64,000 nt of DNA from Lama guanicoe. Taxonomy: Eukaryota. Both the position numbers and the translations under genes were made by a program. Positions 63,205 to 64,000 of this stretch are shown here, one piece after another. The notes beneath the pieces are model-generated. The model did not search any database and was not told where the DNA came from. It worked only from the letters and a program-made list of their open reading frames with translations. The DNA lies in contig MU054001.1 in the NCBI GenBank assembly GCA_013239625.1, positions 3,884,167-3,948,166 of the forward strand, given 5' to 3'. Every line of letters starts with the position of its first letter. The first letter of the stretch is position 1.

Positions 63205-63745
63205 ATTTTCCCTTCTCCTAATAATAGCACTTTGATTTTATTTTGTGAGCCAAATCCATCCTCCCTCCCACTTTCAAGCGATGTGACTCACGTGTCAAAT
63301 AACTTTCCCCTGACTCCAGAATGAGCACATGGCCCCAGAACTGGCCATTAAACACATCTTCACAAACTTATGGCAAAAATGACTGGTTCAGGACCAGACA
63401 TGTGACCCAGTCAAAGCCAGTGAGATTCAGTTCTGGAACTCCAGCTGACATTCTGAATTTAGGGGTGGAGGGTGGCTGCAGACAGCATGGCATATAGATT
63501 GAAGCTATTAGCCATTGTCTGGCTCCTGCCAAAAGGAGAGCCTGCCTGATAAAGAATACAGAGGTAAGAAAACTGTGAAGAATAGCTAGTCCTAAAGACA
63601 CTGAGCCCCTGGATCCAGCCATGCCTGAAGTCAGTGCTCCTGGACTGAATTTCAGTAACATGTGCCAATACAGTCCTCTTTTTTTGTTTGCTTGTTTTAA
63701 TTTATCTTAGTTTGTGCTGGAGTCCTGTCACACCCCAAAGAGTCT
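63205..63745 (+). mobile_element. Old MLT1 (MaLR) LTR
   Basis: gactggttcagg...catgtgacccagtc, gagcccctggatccagccatgcctgaag, tttcagtaacatgtgccaata. Confidence 0.65.
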
Positions 63746-64000
63746 TGAATGATTAAAAGTCACTCACAGCTTCTTCCTCCAACCTGTTAGAACCTCCTCT
63801 AAATCACAGCCTAAAGGAGAGATGGCCTTTTTTCACCCAGGTCTCCCCTCTGGCAACCCTCCCTGTACTATCTGCAGAGAAGAAAACACTGAGCCCTGAA
63901 CCAGGACAGGGAGATAAGATGGCAAAGCTTCAGTTCTCCCTGGGAACACCCTGCAGCCCTCACGTGCTGGCCAGGGGGCAGGCGTGCAGCCAGCCATGCT

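Noticed and set aside
1..64000. CRISPR arrays, prokaryotic operons, intact retroviral or transposase ORFs
   Set aside because: None seen; the sequence is intron-containing mammalian DNA and all the mobile elements are fragments.

Overview
Mammalian genomic DNA, most likely a camelid (seven copies of a tRNA-Ala-like SINE resembling Vic-1), covering the NOD2-SNX20-NKD1 synteny block. The window holds the 5' half of NOD2 on the minus strand: a distal CpG/GC-box non-coding exon, a proximal exon 1 with two NF-kB sites, the CARD exons and the start of the NACHT exon. It also holds the complete 316-aa SNX20 CDS on the plus strand and the last four coding exons of NKD1 on the minus strand. The rest is intronic or intergenic DNA with L1, L2, MIR, MaLR/ERVL LTR and hAT/Tigger relics. 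Two observations stand out. First, NKD1 lacks its usual ...YHHFYQT* ending: the His cluster runs into what looks like former AU-rich 3'UTR, giving a new 25-aa Pro/Tyr-rich tail (a real stop-loss deletion or an assembly error). Second, NOD2 exon 1 keeps an in-frame 27-aa N-terminal extension, but apparently through compensating frameshifts, and the human-like reading now lies in a uORF that stops 1 nt before the main ATG. Human comparisons and repeat-family names are from memory and need alignment to confirm; repeat boundaries are approximate. I found no convincing wholly new gene system.
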